The notes beneath the pieces were generated by a model, which saw only the letters and a program-made list of their open reading frames with translations, was not told the origin of the DNA and made no database searches. Positions 18,195 through 31,958 of a DNA stretch of 59,538 bases are shown here, piece after piece; positions within the stretch are counted from its first letter, which is position 1; each line of letters opens with the position of its first letter. A program made the position numbers and the translations under genes. The DNA comes from Mycobacteriales bacterium (GTDB lineage Bacteria; Actinomycetota; Actinomycetes; Mycobacteriales; QHCA01), in NCBI GenBank assembly GCA_038276285.1, contig JBBPZR010000030.1, positions 1-59,538 of the forward strand. Direction: 5' to 3'.

Positions 18195-19496
18195 GTGACC
18201 GCAGGGACAGCCGGCGCCCCGGTGACCGATGCCGATGCGATTGTCGTCGGCGGCGGGCCGGGGGGCGCGGCCACCGCCCATTACCTCGCGCAGTCCGGCC
18301 TCGACGTGCTGGTACTCGAGAAGTCCGCGTACCCACGAGAGAAGGTGTGCGGCGACGGCCTCACGCCACGCTCGGTCAAGGCGTTGCTCAGGATGGGCAT
18401 TGACACCCGGGAGGACGCCGGCTGGATCCGCAACCGCGGGCTGCGGGTGATCGGCGGTGGCTCACGACTCGAGATCCCGTGGCCGGAGCTCGCCACCTAT
18501 CCCGACTACGGCCTGGTGCGGCCGAGGGCCGACCTCGACGAGGTGCTGGTACGCCAGGCACAGAAGGCGGGCGCCCAACTGCACGAACTGACCAACGTCA
18601 CCGGCCCGGTGCTCGACACCGCTGGGCGGGTCGTCGGCGTCGAGGCCAAGGTCGGGCCGGACAAGACGCCCGCGACATTTCGCGCGCCGCTGGTGTTCGC
18701 CGCCGACGGCGTGTCCGGCCGACTGGGCCTGAGCCTCGGGCTGACCAAGCGCGACAACCGGCCGATGGGTGTTGCCGTGCGTCGCTACTACCGCAGCCCT
18801 CGCCACAACGATGACTACCTCGAGTCGTGGGTGGAGCTCGCGGACTCTTCCGCTACGTCCACTGGAGGTCGCGAGCAACTGCTGCCGGGCTACGGCTGGA
18901 TCTTCGGCGTCGGCGACGGCACCTCCAACGTCGGCCTCGGGATCCTCAACTCCTCCGGCGCGTACCGCAACACCGACTACCGCAAGCTCCTCACGAGCTG
19001 GCTCGACGGGTTGCCCGAGGGATGGGGCTTCATCGAGGCCAACGCCACCGGCCCGATCCGTGGCGGCGGCCTCCCGATGGGCTTCAACCGCAAGCCGCAC
19101 TACACCCGTGGCCTCCTGCTGGTCGGCGATGCCGGTGGCGCGGTCAACCCCTTCAACGGCGAGGGGATCGCCTACGCGATCGAGTCGGGGGAGATGGCGG
19201 CGGAGGTGGCCCTGACCGCGCTGTCACGCTCACCCGGGCTAGGTCGCGAGCGCGCCCTGCGGGCCTATCCGGCTGCCATGGAGAGTGCCTACGGCGGCTA
19301 CTACCGGCTCGGCGGGCTGTTCGTGAAGCTGATCGGCCATCCCGGCACGATGAAGGTGATCACCCGGCACGGCCTGCCCCATCCGCTGCTGATGAAGTTC
19401 GCGCTGAAGCTGATGGCCAACCTGACCGACCCCCACGCCGGCGACGCCATGGACCGGGTGATCAACGGTCTCACCAGACTGGCCCCCAGCGCATGA
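18195..19496 (+). CDS. menJ: Geranylgeranyl reductase family flavoprotein (menaquinone isoprenoid-chain reductase-like)
   Basis: GTG 18195 follows GAGGGGGG (the track ORF starts at 17928 in Arg-rich non-coding-like sequence). FAD motif VVGGGPGGAATAHYL..G..VLVLEK; GDAGGAVNPFNGEGI. Confidence 0.85.
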   Translation: MTAGTAGAPVTDADAIVVGGGPGGAATAHYLAQSGLDVLVLEKSAYPREKVCGDGLTPRSVKALLRMGIDTREDAGWIRNRGLRVIGGGSRLEIPWPELATYPDYGLVRPRADLDEVLVRQAQKAGAQLHELTNVTGPVLDTAGRVVGVEAKVGPDKTPATFRAPLVFAADGVSGRLGLSLGLTKRDNRPMGVAVRRYYRSPRHNDDYLESWVELADSSATSTGGREQLLPGYGWIFGVGDGTSNVGLGILNSSGAYRNTDYRKLLTSWLDGLPEGWGFIEANATGPIRGGGLPMGFNRKPHYTRGLLLVGDAGGAVNPFNGEGIAYAIESGEMAAEVALTALSRSPGLGRERALRAYPAAMESAYGGYYRLGGLFVKLIGHPGTMKVITRHGLPHPLLMKFALKLMANLTDPHAGDAMDRVINGLTRLAPSA

Positions 19497-19638
19497 GCTG
19501 GCGCATGAGCCCGCGCATGAGCCCGCGCATGTCACGGCGGCTCACGCAGCACCTGATCAGGGCGCTGCAGCGGGGCGCCGCATCCCCCCGTAGGGTGGTC
19601 GCGTTCGGGCTAGCGCCGCGCGGTGAAGGGAGGAATAC

Positions 19639-20001
19639 GTGCTGACTCCGTACCTCCCGATAGTGGCATTGTTCGTCCTCGCCACCTTTTTCGCGGTCTT
19701 CTCTGTCGGCATCGCCGGCTTCATCGGGCCGAAGCGTTACAACCGGGCCAAGCTCGATGCCTACGAGTGCGGCATCGAGCCGACACCTCAGCAGATCGGC
19801 GCGGGACGCTTTCCGGTCAAGTTCTATCTGACGGCGATGCTCTTCATCATCTTCGATATCGAGATCATCTTCCTGTACCCGTGGGCGGTGGCCAACCGTG
19901 CGCTAGGCGTCTTCGGGCTGGTCGAGATGGTGCTCTTCATCGGTGCGGTCTTCATCGCGTACGCCTATGTCTGGCGGCGCGGCGGGCTCGACTGGGACTG
20001 A
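19639..20001 (+). CDS. nuoA: NADH-quinone oxidoreductase subunit A
   Basis: 120 aa. YECG.EP, FD.E..FLYPW. RBS GAAGGGAGG. Confidence 0.93.
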   Translation: MLTPYLPIVALFVLATFFAVFSVGIAGFIGPKRYNRAKLDAYECGIEPTPQQIGAGRFPVKFYLTAMLFIIFDIEIIFLYPWAVANRALGVFGLVEMVLFIGAVFIAYAYVWRRGGLDWD

Positions 20002-20002
20002 T

Positions 20003-20548
20003 ATGGGACTAGAAGAGAAGGTGCCCAGCGGCGTCCTGCTCACCAGCGTCGAGAAGCTGGTGAACTGGAGCCGCAAGTCTTCGCTGTGGCCCGCGACCTT
20101 CGGGTTGGCCTGCTGCGCGATAGAGATGATGACGTCGGGCGCTCCGCGCTACGATCTGGCCCGCTTCGGCATGGAGGTCTTTCGCGCCTCGCCCCGCCAG
20201 GCCGATCTGATGATCGTGGCCGGCCGGGTCAGCCAGAAGATGGCTCCCGTGCTGCGGCAGATCTACGACCAGATGCCGGAGCCCAAGTGGGTTCTGTCGA
20301 TGGGCGTGTGCGCGAGCAGCGGCGGCATGTTCAACAACTACGCGATCGTGCAGGGCGTCGACCACGTGGTGCCGGTCGACATGTACCTCCCCGGGTGCCC
20401 ACCCCGGCCCGAGATGCTCATCGACGCGATCCTCCGGCTGCACGAGAAGATCCTGCACGAGCCGCTCGGCGAGCGGCGGCAGAAGCAGATCGAGGGCGGC
20501 CCGCGATACGGCGTCCAGCCGTCGTCCGAGAGGTTCGCGAAGAAGTGA
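20003..20548 (+). CDS. nuoB: NADH-quinone oxidoreductase subunit B
   Basis: ATG 20003. [29 protein letters not shown]. Confidence 0.93.
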   Translation: MGLEEKVPSGVLLTSVEKLVNWSRKSSLWPATFGLACCAIEMMTSGAPRYDLARFGMEVFRASPRQADLMIVAGRVSQKMAPVLRQIYDQMPEPKWVLSMGVCASSGGMFNNYAIVQGVDHVVPVDMYLPGCPPRPEMLIDAILRLHEKILHEPLGERRQKQIEGGPRYGVQPSSERFAKK

Positions 20549-21206
20549 CCGGCACCGATCGCGGCATGTTCGGGGTCAGCGGCAGTGGTGACACCTCCGG
20601 CTACGGCGGGCTGGTGCGCAAACAGGTTGCCCCCGGCTCCACCGAGCGGCCCTACGGCGGCTACTTCGACGATGTGGCCGACGCGTTGGAAGCTGCGTAC
20701 CCCCAGTTCAACGACGCGGTGCTGCGGGTCGTCGTCGACCGCGGCGAGCTGACGATCTCGGTACGCAAGGAGCACATCGCCGATGTGTGCCGCACGATGC
20801 GTGATGACCCGGCGCTGCGCTTCGAGTTGTGCTCGAGCGTCTCCGGAGTCGACTACGTCGACAACGTCGCTGGGGCCGACAAGGTCGGCGGAGCCGAGCG
20901 GTTGCACGTCGCCTACCACCTCACCTCGATGACCTACCGCCGGCGGATCCGGCTCGAGGTCTCGACCAGCGTCGAGGAGCCGCACGTCCCGAGCGTCACC
21001 GCCGTCTACCCGGGCGCCGACTGGCAGGAGCGGGAGACCTACGACATGTTCGGCGTGGTCTTCACCGGGCACCCGGCGCTCACCCGCATCCTCATGCCCG
21101 ATGACTGGGACGGTTTCCCGCAGCGCAAGGACTACCCCCTCGGCGGCGTGCCGGTGGAGTACAAGGGCGCTGAAATCTTGCCGCCGGACGAGCGGAGGGC
21201 CTACCG

Positions 21207-21210
<4 letters not shown>
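20545..21210 (+). CDS. nuoC: NADH-quinone oxidoreductase subunit C
   Basis: GTG 20545 overlaps the nuoB stop. [39 protein letters not shown]. Confidence 0.9.
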
Positions 21211-22540
<1,330 letters not shown>

Positions 22541-22544
<4 letters not shown>

Positions 22545-23203
22545 CGCTCACCCACGAGACCCGACTGTTGGCGCGCGAGATCATCGCGCGCTATCCGCAA
22601 CCGCGCTCGGCCCTCCTCCCGATGCTGCATCTGGTGCAGTCCGAGGAGGGCTATGTCACCCCAGCGGGCGTCGCCCTGTGCGCCGAAGAACTCGGCCTGA
22701 CCAAGGCCGAGGTCGGCGCGGTCGTCACCTTCTATACGATGTACAAGCGGCGCCCGGCCGGCGATTGGCTGGTCAGCGTCTGCACCAACACGATGTGCGG
22801 CGTCCTGGGTGGCGAGGCGATCTTCGAGGCGCTGTCACAGCACCTGGGCGTTGGCCACGACGAGACGACGGCCGATGGCAGCATCACTCTCGAGCACGCC
22901 GAGTGCCTGGCCGCGTGCGACTACGCCCCGGTGGTGACGGTCAACTACGAGTTCTTCGACCAGCGGACCCCGACATCGGCACTGGCGCTGGTCGAGAGCC
23001 TGGCCGACGGCGACCGCCCGCGGCCGACGCGCGGCGCCCCGCTGTGCACCCTGCGTCAGATCAGCCGTCTGCTGGCCGGCTTCGGCGATCCCCGGCCGGA
23101 CGCGGTCGCGCACGGGCCGAGCGGCGAGCCGACCTTGGTGGGTGTCCGCCTGGCCGCCGAGCGGGCCGAGTCCGCGCCGGCCTACCCGGGGGAGGGCGCC
23201 TGA
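22541..23203 (+). CDS. nuoE: NADH-quinone oxidoreductase subunit E
   Basis: [25 protein letters not shown]; 2Fe-2S cysteines (VCTNTMC...[10 protein letters not shown]). No in-frame ATG/GTG near the nuoD stop. CTG 22541 (CTGA overlap) or TTG 22568 are candidates, so the start is uncertain. Confidence 0.85.
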
Positions 23204-24507
23204 TGGCGAGGATGACGCCCGTACTCACCAAGCGGTGGGCCGAGCCGGACTCCTGGACCCTGGCCACCTACCGGCGCACCGAGGGCTACCAGGCGCTGCG
23301 CAAGGCGCTCCGGATGGAGCCCGACGCGCTGATTTCCCTGGTCAAGGACTCCGGCCTGCGCGGGCGGGGCGGCGCCGGCTTCCCCACCGGCATGAAGTGG
23401 GGCTTCATCCCGCAGGGCACCGAAGGGCAGGCCGCGAAGCCGCACTACCTCGTGGTCAACGCCGACGAGGCCGAGCCGGGCACCTGCAAGGACGCCCCGC
23501 TGATGATGGCCGACCCGCACTCGCTGCTCGAGGGCATCATCATCTCCTCCTACGCCGTGCGCTGCCATCACGCCTTCATCTACCTGCGTGGTGAGTTGGT
23601 GCATGCTCGCCGCCGGCTCGACGCGGCGGTCGCCGAGGCCTACGAAGCCGGCTACTTCGGCACCGACATCCTCGGCTCGGGCTTCGACCTCGAGGTGACT
23701 ATCCACAGTGGAGCGGGCGCTTACATCTGCGGCGAGGAGACGGCCCTGCTGGATTCGCTCGAGGGATACCGCGGGCAGCCGCGACTGCGGCCACCGTTCC
23801 CCGCCACGCACGGGCTCTACGCCGCGCCGACCGTGGTCAACAACGTCGAGACGATCGCCTTGGTGCCCTTCATCGTGCTCGGCGGGGCCGAGTGGTTCCG
23901 GTCGATGGGCACCCCGAAGTCGCCCGGGCCCAAGATCTTCAGCCTGTCGGGGCACATCGTCAACCCAGGTCAGTACGAAGTGCCGCTCGGCACGACCCTG
24001 CGCGAGATGATCGACCTGGCCGGTGGCATGTGGGACGGCTCGGAGCTGAAGTTCTGGACCCCTGGTGGCTCGTCCACGCCGTTCCTCACCGCCGAGCATC
24101 TCGACGCCCTGATCGACTTCGAGGGCATGGTCGAGGCGGGTTCGCTGCTGGGCACGGCCGCCCTGATGATCTTCGACCAGAACACCTGCATCGTGCGGGC
24201 GGCGCTGCGGTTCACCGAGTTCTACGCCCACGAGTCCTGTGGCAAGTGCACACCGTGCCGCGAGGGGACCTACTGGATGGTGCAGATCCTGCAGCGTCTG
24301 GAGAACGGCACCGGCACCGCCGAGGACATCGAGACGCTGCTCGATACCTGCGACAACATCTTCGGGCGCGCCTTCTGTGCACTCGGCGACGGCGCCACCA
24401 GCCCGATCGTGTCCTCGATCCAGTACTTCCGCGAGGAGTACGTACAGCACTGGGAGGGCCGGGGCTGCCCGCTGAGCCATGGCCAGCGCCTGGTAGGGGT
24501 GCACTGA
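23203..24507 (+). CDS. nuoF: NADH-quinone oxidoreductase subunit F
   Basis: ATG 23203 (TGATG overlap). [28 protein letters not shown]. Confidence 0.93.
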   Translation: MARMTPVLTKRWAEPDSWTLATYRRTEGYQALRKALRMEPDALISLVKDSGLRGRGGAGFPTGMKWGFIPQGTEGQAAKPHYLVVNADEAEPGTCKDAPLMMADPHSLLEGIIISSYAVRCHHAFIYLRGELVHARRRLDAAVAEAYEAGYFGTDILGSGFDLEVTIHSGAGAYICGEETALLDSLEGYRGQPRLRPPFPATHGLYAAPTVVNNVETIALVPFIVLGGAEWFRSMGTPKSPGPKIFSLSGHIVNPGQYEVPLGTTLREMIDLAGGMWDGSELKFWTPGGSSTPFLTAEHLDALIDFEGMVEAGSLLGTAALMIFDQNTCIVRAALRFTEFYAHESCGKCTPCREGTYWMVQILQRLENGTGTAEDIETLLDTCDNIFGRAFCALGDGATSPIVSSIQYFREEYVQHWEGRGCPLSHGQRLVGVH

Positions 24508-24512
24508 GTGCG

Positions 24513-26972
24513 ATGACCGACACGACGACGAGTGCCGCCAAACCGGCCGAGACCCCCGACGCCGCTCCGCGTGGCTACGTGACCGTGACCATCGACGGCT
24601 TCGAATTGCAGGTACCCGCGGGCACCCTGATCATCCGGGCCGCCGAGCACCTGGGCATCCAGATCCCCCGCTTCTGCGACCACCCGCTGCTCGACCCCGT
24701 AGGCGCGTGCCGCCAGTGCCTCGTCGAGGTCGAGGGCCAGCACAAGCCGGTGGCCTCGTGCACGGTGACGGTCACCGACGGCATGGTGGTCAAGACCCAG
24801 CTCACCTCGCCCGTGGCCGACAAGGCCCAAAAGGGCAACATGGAGATGCTGCTCATCAACCACCCGCTGGACTGCCCGGTCTGTGACAAGGGTGGCGAGT
24901 GCCCACTGCAGAACCAAGCGATGTCGGGCGGCCGGGCGGTCAGCCGGTTCCACGACATCAAGCGCACCTTCCCCAAGCCGATCGCGATCTCCTCGCAGGT
25001 GTTGCTCGACCGCGAGCGTTGCGTGCTTTGCGCCCGGTGCACGCGCTTCTCGCAGCAGATCGCCGGCGACCCGTTCATCGAGTTGTTCGAACGGGGGGCG
25101 CTCGAGCAGGTGGCCGTTTATGAAGACGAGCCATTCGAGTCCTACTTCTCCGGCAACACCGTGCAGATCTGCCCCGTCGGCGCGCTTACCGGCGCCGCCT
25201 ACCGGTTCCGGGCCCGGCCCTTCGACCTGCTGTCCACGCCATCGGCGTGCGAGCACTGCGCATCCGGCTGTGCCCAGCGCACCGACTGGCGGCGCGGCAA
25301 GGTGCTACGCCGGCTGGCCGGTGAGGATCCGGCGGTCAACGAGGAGTGGAACTGCGACAAGGGTCGGTGGGCGTTCACGTACGCAGCGGCGGCCGACCGG
25401 CTGGTGACGCCGATGGTTCGTGACGAAACCGGCGAGTTGGTGTCCACGTCGTGGCCCGAGGCGCTCGAGCGCGCCGCCGAAGGGCTTCGCGAGGCGCGCG
25501 ACAACGGCGGTGGCGTCGGCGTGTTGCCCGGCGGGCGGCTCACGGTCGAGGACGCCTACGCGTACGCGAAGTTCGCCCGGGTCGCGCTCGGCACCAACGA
25601 CATTGACATGCGCGCCCGGCCGCACTCCGACGAGGAGCTGGACTTCCTCGCCGCACGGGTGGTGCGGTCGGCTCCGAGCGCCGGTGGAGTGTCCTACGCC
25701 GAGCTCGAAACGGCACCGGTGGTCCTGCTGGTGGGCTTCGAGCCCGAGGAGGAGTCACCGATCGTCTTCCTGCGGTTGCGCAAGGCCTCCAGCGAGCACG
25801 CCACCAAGGTCTTCGCAATCGCACCGTTCACCAGCGACGGCCTGCGCAAGTGCGGCGGGACCCTGCTGCGCACCGGCCCTGGCGGCGAGCCGGCCATGCT
25901 CGACGCGCTGCTCTCCGAGGACGGCGAGCTGCTGGAGCCGGCCGGCGAACTGCGCACGACGGGCGCGGTGATCCTGGTCGGTGAGCGGCTGGCGACGGTG
26001 CCGGGTGGCCTGTCCGCGGCGGCCCGGCTGGCCGAGGCGACCGGCGCGAAGCTGGCCTGGGTGCCGCGACGGGCCGGGGAGCGAGGTGCCCTCGAGGCGG
26101 GTGCGCTGCCCAACATGCTGCCGGGTGGGCGGCGGGTGGCCGACCCGGTGGCCCGGGCCGACGTCGCCGGCCTGTGGGGCGTGGGTGACGTGCCGGCCGT
26201 TCCCGGTCGGGACACCACCGCCATCCTCATTGCCGCCCGTGACGGTCAGCTGGCCGGGTTGCTGGTCGGTGGCGTCGACCTGACCGACCTGCCGGATCCG
26301 GCCCTGGCGCTAGAGGCGGTGCGGGCGGCGGCCTTCGTGGTCAGTCTCGAGCTGCTGCCGTCGGCGGTCACCGCCGAAGCCGATGTGGTGCTGCCCATCG
26401 CGCCCGCGGTGGAGAAGGCCGGCACCTACGTCGACTGGGAGGGCCGCCCCCGGTCGTTCGAGGCCACCCTGCACGGCACCGGCGCGTTGACCGACGCGCG
26501 TGTTCTCGACGCCATTGCCGGCGAGCTCGGTGTCGAGTTGGGCACCGCCAGCGTCGAGGCCGCGCAGGCCGAGGCGCAGCGCTTCGGCGCGGCCCCTCCG
26601 GGCCGGCCGTCCGCGCCGGCCGTCGCCGCCGCCGAGCCGGCCACGCCTGGCTACGGCGAGGCCGTCCTGGCCACCTGGCACTGGCTGCTCGACGACGGCA
26701 CCCTGCAGCAGGGCGAGCCACATCTCGCCGGCACGGCCAAGCGGCCGCGCGTGCATCTCAACGCGGCCACGGCGACCGAGATCGGGGTCACCGAGCGCGA
26801 TCTGGTCAACGTTGGGACCGATCGTGGCAGCATCACCCTCCCGCTCGTGCTGGCCGACCTGCCCGACCGGGTCGTGTGGTTGCCTACGAAGTCCTCGCCG
26901 TCGACCGTGCGGGCCACGCTCGGTGCCGACGCGGGATCGCTGGTCCGGATCAGGGGAGGTGGCAAGCAGTGA
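24513..26972 (+). CDS. nuoG: NADH-quinone oxidoreductase subunit G
   Basis: ATG 24513. [46 protein letters not shown]. Confidence 0.93.
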   Translation: MTDTTTSAAKPAETPDAAPRGYVTVTIDGFELQVPAGTLIIRAAEHLGIQIPRFCDHPLLDPVGACRQCLVEVEGQHKPVASCTVTVTDGMVVKTQLTSPVADKAQKGNMEMLLINHPLDCPVCDKGGECPLQNQAMSGGRAVSRFHDIKRTFPKPIAISSQVLLDRERCVLCARCTRFSQQIAGDPFIELFERGALEQVAVYEDEPFESYFSGNTVQICPVGALTGAAYRFRARPFDLLSTPSACEHCASGCAQRTDWRRGKVLRRLAGEDPAVNEEWNCDKGRWAFTYAAAADRLVTPMVRDETGELVSTSWPEALERAAEGLREARDNGGGVGVLPGGRLTVEDAYAYAKFARVALGTNDIDMRARPHSDEELDFLAARVVRSAPSAGGVSYAELETAPVVLLVGFEPEEESPIVFLRLRKASSEHATKVFAIAPFTSDGLRKCGGTLLRTGPGGEPAMLDALLSEDGELLEPAGELRTTGAVILVGERLATVPGGLSAAARLAEATGAKLAWVPRRAGERGALEAGALPNMLPGGRRVADPVARADVAGLWGVGDVPAVPGRDTTAILIAARDGQLAGLLVGGVDLTDLPDPALALEAVRAAAFVVSLELLPSAVTAEADVVLPIAPAVEKAGTYVDWEGRPRSFEATLHGTGALTDARVLDAIAGELGVELGTASVEAAQAEAQRFGAAPPGRPSAPAVAAAEPATPGYGEAVLATWHWLLDDGTLQQGEPHLAGTAKRPRVHLNAATATEIGVTERDLVNVGTDRGSITLPLVLADLPDRVVWLPTKSSPSTVRATLGADAGSLVRIRGGGKQ

Positions 26973-28348
26973 GCTTGGCGGTTCCCGCGACAAAGCTCGA
27001 GGACTTCGGCAGCGAAGCGGTCTGGCTGGTGCTGGCCAAGGCCGTCATGATCTTCGGCTTCCTCGTCGTGATGACGTTGTTCACCATCTGGCTCGAGCGC
27101 CGGGTGGTCGCCCGCATGCAGAATCGGATCGGCCCCAACCGGGTCGGTCCACAGGGGTTGCTGCAGAGTCTGGCCGACGGCCTCAAGCTGGCCTTCAAAG
27201 AAGACATCGTGCCGGTGATGGTCGACAAGCCGGTCTACATCCTGGCTCCGATCCTCTCCACCATCCCGGCCTTCCTCGCGTTCAGCGTCGTCCCCTTCGG
27301 CCCGACGGTGAGCATCTTCGGCCACCACACGCCGTTGCAGCTCACCGATCTGCCGGTCGCCGTGCTGTTCATGCTCGCCTGCTCTTCGTCGGGGGTCTAC
27401 GGCATCGTGCTGGCCGGCTGGTCGAGCGGCTCGTCGTACCCGCTGCTGGGTGCCCTGCGCAGTGCCGCGCAGATGATCTCCTACGAGGTCGCGATGGGCC
27501 TGTCGATGGTTGCCGTCTTCCTCACCGCGGGCTCGCTGTCGACGAGCGAGATCGTCGCGGCCCAGGCGCACGGCTCGACCCTGCATGTCTTGGGCGCCAC
27601 GCTGTCGCTGCCGTCGTGGTACGCGATCATGCTCGCGCCGAGCTTCGTCATCTACTTCATCTCGGCGGTCGGCGAGACCAACCGGTCGCCCTTCGATCTG
27701 CCCGAGGCCGAGTCGGAGTTGGTCGGCGGCTTCCACACGGAATACTCCTCGTTGAAGTTCGCGCTGTTCTTCCTGGCCGAGTACATCAACATGGTCACGG
27801 TCTCAGCGCTGGCCACGACGCTGTTCCTCGGCGGCTGGCGGGCGCCGTGGCCGCTGTCGCTCGTCGGCCGGGACGCGGCGCACCCGGGCGGCCTGCTGAA
27901 CACCGGATGGTGGCCGCTGCTGTGGTTCACCGGCAAGGTCTTCATCGCGTTGTTCGTCTTCATCTGGCTGCGCGGCACGCTGCCGCGGCTGCGCTACGAC
28001 CAGTTCATGCGGCTGGGCTGGAAGGTTCTCGTGCCTCTCAGCCTGTTGTGGATCCTGCTCGTCGACGCGGTGCGGGTGCTCGGTACGCAGAACTACAGCC
28101 GCGGCCGGCTGATGGTGATCCTCGGTATCCCGCTCGCCATCCTGCTGCTCGTGGTGTTCTTCTGGCCGGAGCGCACGCCCACCGACGTCGACCCGGACAC
28201 CGAGGTGGAGGAGCAGCCGTCGGACTACCCGATTCCGCCCATGGATCTCGTCGTACCTTCGCCGTCCCAACCGTCGTCACAACTGGTTGTCACGGGCGCG
28301 CGGACGCCGCCCACTGACGCCTTGAGCGGGGGCGAGCCCGATGCTTGA
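26969..28348 (+). CDS. nuoH: NADH-quinone oxidoreductase subunit H (with a C-terminal extension)
   Basis: GTG 26969 overlaps the nuoG stop. [31 protein letters not shown]; [18 protein letters not shown]. Confidence 0.92.
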   Translation: MSLAVPATKLEDFGSEAVWLVLAKAVMIFGFLVVMTLFTIWLERRVVARMQNRIGPNRVGPQGLLQSLADGLKLAFKEDIVPVMVDKPVYILAPILSTIPAFLAFSVVPFGPTVSIFGHHTPLQLTDLPVAVLFMLACSSSGVYGIVLAGWSSGSSYPLLGALRSAAQMISYEVAMGLSMVAVFLTAGSLSTSEIVAAQAHGSTLHVLGATLSLPSWYAIMLAPSFVIYFISAVGETNRSPFDLPEAESELVGGFHTEYSSLKFALFFLAEYINMVTVSALATTLFLGGWRAPWPLSLVGRDAAHPGGLLNTGWWPLLWFTGKVFIALFVFIWLRGTLPRLRYDQFMRLGWKVLVPLSLLWILLVDAVRVLGTQNYSRGRLMVILGIPLAILLLVVFFWPERTPTDVDPDTEVEEQPSDYPIPPMDLVVPSPSQPSSQLVVTGARTPPTDALSGGEPDA

Positions 28349-28958
28349 TGCCGTCAAGGGCTTCGGCCTGACCTTCGCCACCATGTTCAAGAAGGTGGCC
28401 ACCGAGCAGTATCCCTTCGAGGTGCGGCCGACCGCGCCGCGCTATCACGGCCGGCATGTGCTCAACCGGCATCCGGACGGCCTCGAGAAGTGCGTGGGCT
28501 GCGAGCTGTGTGCGTGGGCCTGTCCGGCCGACGCGATCTACGTCGAGGGCGCCGACAACAGCGAGGAGGAGCGCTACTCACCGGGGGAGCGCTACGGCGT
28601 GGTCTACCAGATCAACTACGCGCGGTGCATCTTCTGCGGGCTGTGCATCGAGGCCTGCCCGACCCGGGCGCTGACGATGTCCAACGAGTACGAAATGGCG
28701 TCGGACAGCCGGCAGGACCTCATCTACACCAAGGAGCAACTCCTGGCGCCGCTGCTGCCCGGCATGGAGCAGCCCCCGCATCCCATGCGGCTGGGTGAGA
28801 CCGAACGCGAGTACTACGTCGGCGCCATGCGCAACCCCGGCGCGTCCGAGGGCGCGCAGACGACAGAGGCGGTGGCGGCGGCCGAAGGCGCCCTGCAGGC
28901 CGGACGACGCCCGCCGCGGCGGACCTTCGAGCCCGGCTCCCCGCGAGGTGATCAGTGA
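28341..28958 (+). CDS. nuoI: NADH-quinone oxidoreductase subunit I
   Basis: Two CxxCxxCxxxCP motifs ([24 protein letters not shown]). Confidence 0.93.
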   Translation: MLDAVKGFGLTFATMFKKVATEQYPFEVRPTAPRYHGRHVLNRHPDGLEKCVGCELCAWACPADAIYVEGADNSEEERYSPGERYGVVYQINYARCIFCGLCIEACPTRALTMSNEYEMASDSRQDLIYTKEQLLAPLLPGMEQPPHPMRLGETEREYYVGAMRNPGASEGAQTTEAVAAAEGALQAGRRPPRRTFEPGSPRGDQ

Positions 28959-29713
28959 GCGGTGTCCTTGCCGCCGCCGGTTCTGTGAGTACCGGCGAGG
29001 CGGTGACCTTCTGGATCCTGGCACCGGTGGCCCTCGGTGGGGGCATCGGCATGGTGCTGGCCCGCAATGCCGTGCACTCCGCTCTCTTCCTGGTCATGAC
29101 GATGTTCAGCCTCGGCGTTTTCTACGTCATCCAGCAGGGCCCGTTCATCGGCATGGTGCAGATCATCGTCTACACCGGCGCGATCATGATCTTGTTCCTG
29201 TTCGTCCTCATGCTGGTCGGCCGAGAATCCGCCGACTCGATCGTGGAGACGCTGCGCGGCCAGCGGGTGGCTGCCGCCGTGCTCGGGATCGGCTTCGCCG
29301 CGCTGGTGGTGGCCGCGCTCGCCCGTGCGCTGTCCTCCGTACACGCCAAGGGCCTCGGCCGTGCCAACGGGTACAAGACCAACGTCGAGGCGATCGCCAA
29401 GCTGCTGTTCTCCGACTACGTATTCGCCTTCGAGGTGACCAGCGCGCTGCTGATCACGGCCGCCGTCGGTGCCATGGTGCTGGCCCATGTCGAGCGGCCC
29501 AAAGAGGACCGGGTCAGCCAGCGCGAGATGTCGCGGCGGCGGTTCCGCGACGGGGGTTACCCCGGCCCGCTGCCCGGCCCGGGTGTCTTCGCCACCTCGA
29601 ATTCCGTGGCCACGCCGGCCCTGCTGCCTGACGGCACGGCCGCCGACAGCAGCGTCGATCCTGCCGTCGAGGCGATGACAGTCCGCCAGATAGCCCGAAG
29701 GAGCGAGCGGTGA
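28955..29713 (+). CDS. nuoJ: NADH-quinone oxidoreductase subunit J
   Basis: GTG 28955 overlaps the nuoI stop. Hydrophobic N-terminal half with the [17 protein letters not shown] pattern. Confidence 0.9.
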   Translation: MSGVLAAAGSVSTGEAVTFWILAPVALGGGIGMVLARNAVHSALFLVMTMFSLGVFYVIQQGPFIGMVQIIVYTGAIMILFLFVLMLVGRESADSIVETLRGQRVAAAVLGIGFAALVVAALARALSSVHAKGLGRANGYKTNVEAIAKLLFSDYVFAFEVTSALLITAAVGAMVLAHVERPKEDRVSQREMSRRRFRDGGYPGPLPGPGVFATSNSVATPALLPDGTAADSSVDPAVEAMTVRQIARRSER

Positions 29714-30009
29714 CACCGACGTATTACCTGCTGCTCTCGGCCGCGCTGTTCACCATCGGCGCTGTCGGAGTGCTGGTCCGCCGCAACGCCATCGTGGTGT
29801 TCATGTGCATCGAGTTGATGCTGAACGCGGTGAACCTCACGCTGATCACGTTCTCGCGGATAAGCGGCACCCTCGATGGTCAGATCATGGCCTTCTTCGT
29901 CATGGTCGTTGCCGCCGCCGAGGTGGTCGTGGGCCTGGCCATCATCATGGCGATCTTCCGGCACCGGCGGTCCGCCTCGGTCGACGACGCCAACCTGCTC
30001 AAGTACTGA
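29710..30009 (+). CDS. nuoK: NADH-quinone oxidoreductase subunit K
   Basis: 99 aa. [25 protein letters not shown]. Confidence 0.93.
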   Translation: MTPTYYLLLSAALFTIGAVGVLVRRNAIVVFMCIELMLNAVNLTLITFSRISGTLDGQIMAFFVMVVAAAEVVVGLAIIMAIFRHRRSASVDDANLLKY

Positions 30010-30017
30010 CCGAGAGG

Positions 30018-31958
30018 ATGGCCGTGTCCGACCTGCTCGCCGCCGCGCCCGCGCGGTACGCCGACGCCAGCGGGGCCCTCAGCAGTTCCTGGCTGCTGAT
30101 CGCACTGCCGCTGGTGGGAGCGGCCGTGCTGCTGCTGGCCGGTCGCCGCGCCGACCGGTGGGCGCACCTGCTGGGCTGCCTGACCATTGCGGCGAGCTTC
30201 GCCCTCGGCCTGATCTACTTCTTCGCGCTGCGCGGCGAGACCAACCGCTCGGTCACCGTGCACCTCTACAACTGGATCCCGGTCAACGGGTTCAAGGTCG
30301 ACCTCGGGCTGCTCTACGATCCCCTGGCGGCCGTGTTCGTGCTGCTCATCACCGGTGTCGGCCTGCTGATCCACATCTATTCGATCGGCTATATGGCGGG
30401 GGACCCGGGGCGCCGGCGGTTCTTCGGATACCTCAACTTCTTCGTCGCGGCGATGCTCCTGCTGGTTCTGGGCAACAACTACCTCTCCCTGTACGTGGGG
30501 TGGGAGGGCGTCGGCCTCGCGTCGTACCTGCTGATCGCCTACTACTACGACCGGCCCGCGGCGGCCACCGGGGCCAAGAAGGCCTTCATCGCCAACCGGG
30601 TCGGTGACGTCGGGCTGACCCTCGCGATCTTCCTGATGTTCGCCACGCTCGGCACCACGTCGTTCGCCGGTGTATTCGCCGGCGCCGGTCACCTCGGCGG
30701 CGGCACCCTGACCGCCCTCGCGTTGCTGCTGTTGCTCGGCGCGTGCGGCAAGTCCGGCCAGTTCCCGCTGCAGACCTGGCTGCCCGACGCGATGGAGGGC
30801 CCGACACCGGTGTCGGCGCTGATCCATGCGGCGACGATGGTCACGGCGGGCGTCTATCTGATCGCGCGCTCGGCACCCATCTACAACCTGACGCAGGACG
30901 GCCGCACGGTGGTCACCGTGATCGGCGCGGTCACGCTGCTGCTGGGCTGCATCATCGGCTGCGCCAAGGACGACATCAAGCGGGTGCTGGCCTACTCCAC
31001 GGTCAGCCAGATCGGCTACATGTTCCTGGCCGCGGGCCTGGGCAAGGGCGTCTACGCCATCGCGATCCTGCACCTTCTCGTCCACGGCTTCTTCAAGGCC
31101 GGCCTGTTCCTCGGGGCCGGCTCGGTCATGCACGGGATGGGTGACCAGGTCGACATGCGGCGCTTCGGCGGCCTGCGCACGGTGATGCCGGTGACCTTCT
31201 GGACGATGATGGCCGGCTACCTCGCCATCATCGGCATGATCCCGTTCTCCGGGTTCTTCTCCAAGGACAAGATCATCGAGGCCGCCTTCGACAAGGGTGG
31301 TGTGTCGGGCTGGATTCTCGGCATCTGCGCGCTGGTCGGTGCCGGTATTACGGCGTTCTACATGACCCGGCTGATGGTGATGACGTTCTTCGGCAAGCGG
31401 CGCTGGACCGAGGAGGTCCATCCGCACGAGTCGCCGCCGGTGATGACGGTCCCGATGATGCTGCTCGCCGTCGGGTCGGTCGCGGGCGGCGGCCTCTTGG
31501 TCTTCGGCGGTGGCCTGCAGAACTGGCTCACGCCCTCGGTCGGCCCGTCCGTGGAGGTCGGCGCGCACACCATCTCCCCGGTCGTGCTCAGCGTCATCAC
31601 CCTGCTGGTCGTCGCGGGTGGAGTTGCCGGAGCGTGGTACGCCTTCGGCCGGCGCGCCGTGCCGCGGACCGCGCCGACCACGGTCGCTCCGACGACCGTT
31701 GCCGCGCGCAACAACCTCTACGCCGATGCGTTCAACGAGGTCGTCCTGATGCGGCCCGGCCAGTGGCTCACCCGGCTCTCGGTGTGGTTCGACGGGCGCG
31801 GCATCGACGGGCTGGTCAACGGTCTCGCCGCCCTTGTCGGGGGTAGCTCGGGCCGCCTGCGCCGGGTGCAGACCGGATTTGTGCGGTCGTACGCCCTGAC
31901 GATGCTCGGCGGCTCGGTAGCCGTGATCGCGGCTCTGCTGGCGGTGAAGCTGCGATGA
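30018..31958 (+). CDS. nuoL: NADH-quinone oxidoreductase subunit L
   Basis: ATG 30018. Antiporter-like: [47 protein letters not shown]. Confidence 0.93.
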   Translation: MAVSDLLAAAPARYADASGALSSSWLLIALPLVGAAVLLLAGRRADRWAHLLGCLTIAASFALGLIYFFALRGETNRSVTVHLYNWIPVNGFKVDLGLLYDPLAAVFVLLITGVGLLIHIYSIGYMAGDPGRRRFFGYLNFFVAAMLLLVLGNNYLSLYVGWEGVGLASYLLIAYYYDRPAAATGAKKAFIANRVGDVGLTLAIFLMFATLGTTSFAGVFAGAGHLGGGTLTALALLLLLGACGKSGQFPLQTWLPDAMEGPTPVSALIHAATMVTAGVYLIARSAPIYNLTQDGRTVVTVIGAVTLLLGCIIGCAKDDIKRVLAYSTVSQIGYMFLAAGLGKGVYAIAILHLLVHGFFKAGLFLGAGSVMHGMGDQVDMRRFGGLRTVMPVTFWTMMAGYLAIIGMIPFSGFFSKDKIIEAAFDKGGVSGWILGICALVGAGITAFYMTRLMVMTFFGKRRWTEEVHPHESPPVMTVPMMLLAVGSVAGGGLLVFGGGLQNWLTPSVGPSVEVGAHTISPVVLSVITLLVVAGGVAGAWYAFGRRAVPRTAPTTVAPTTVAARNNLYADAFNEVVLMRPGQWLTRLSVWFDGRGIDGLVNGLAALVGGSSGRLRRVQTGFVRSYALTMLGGSVAVIAALLAVKLR

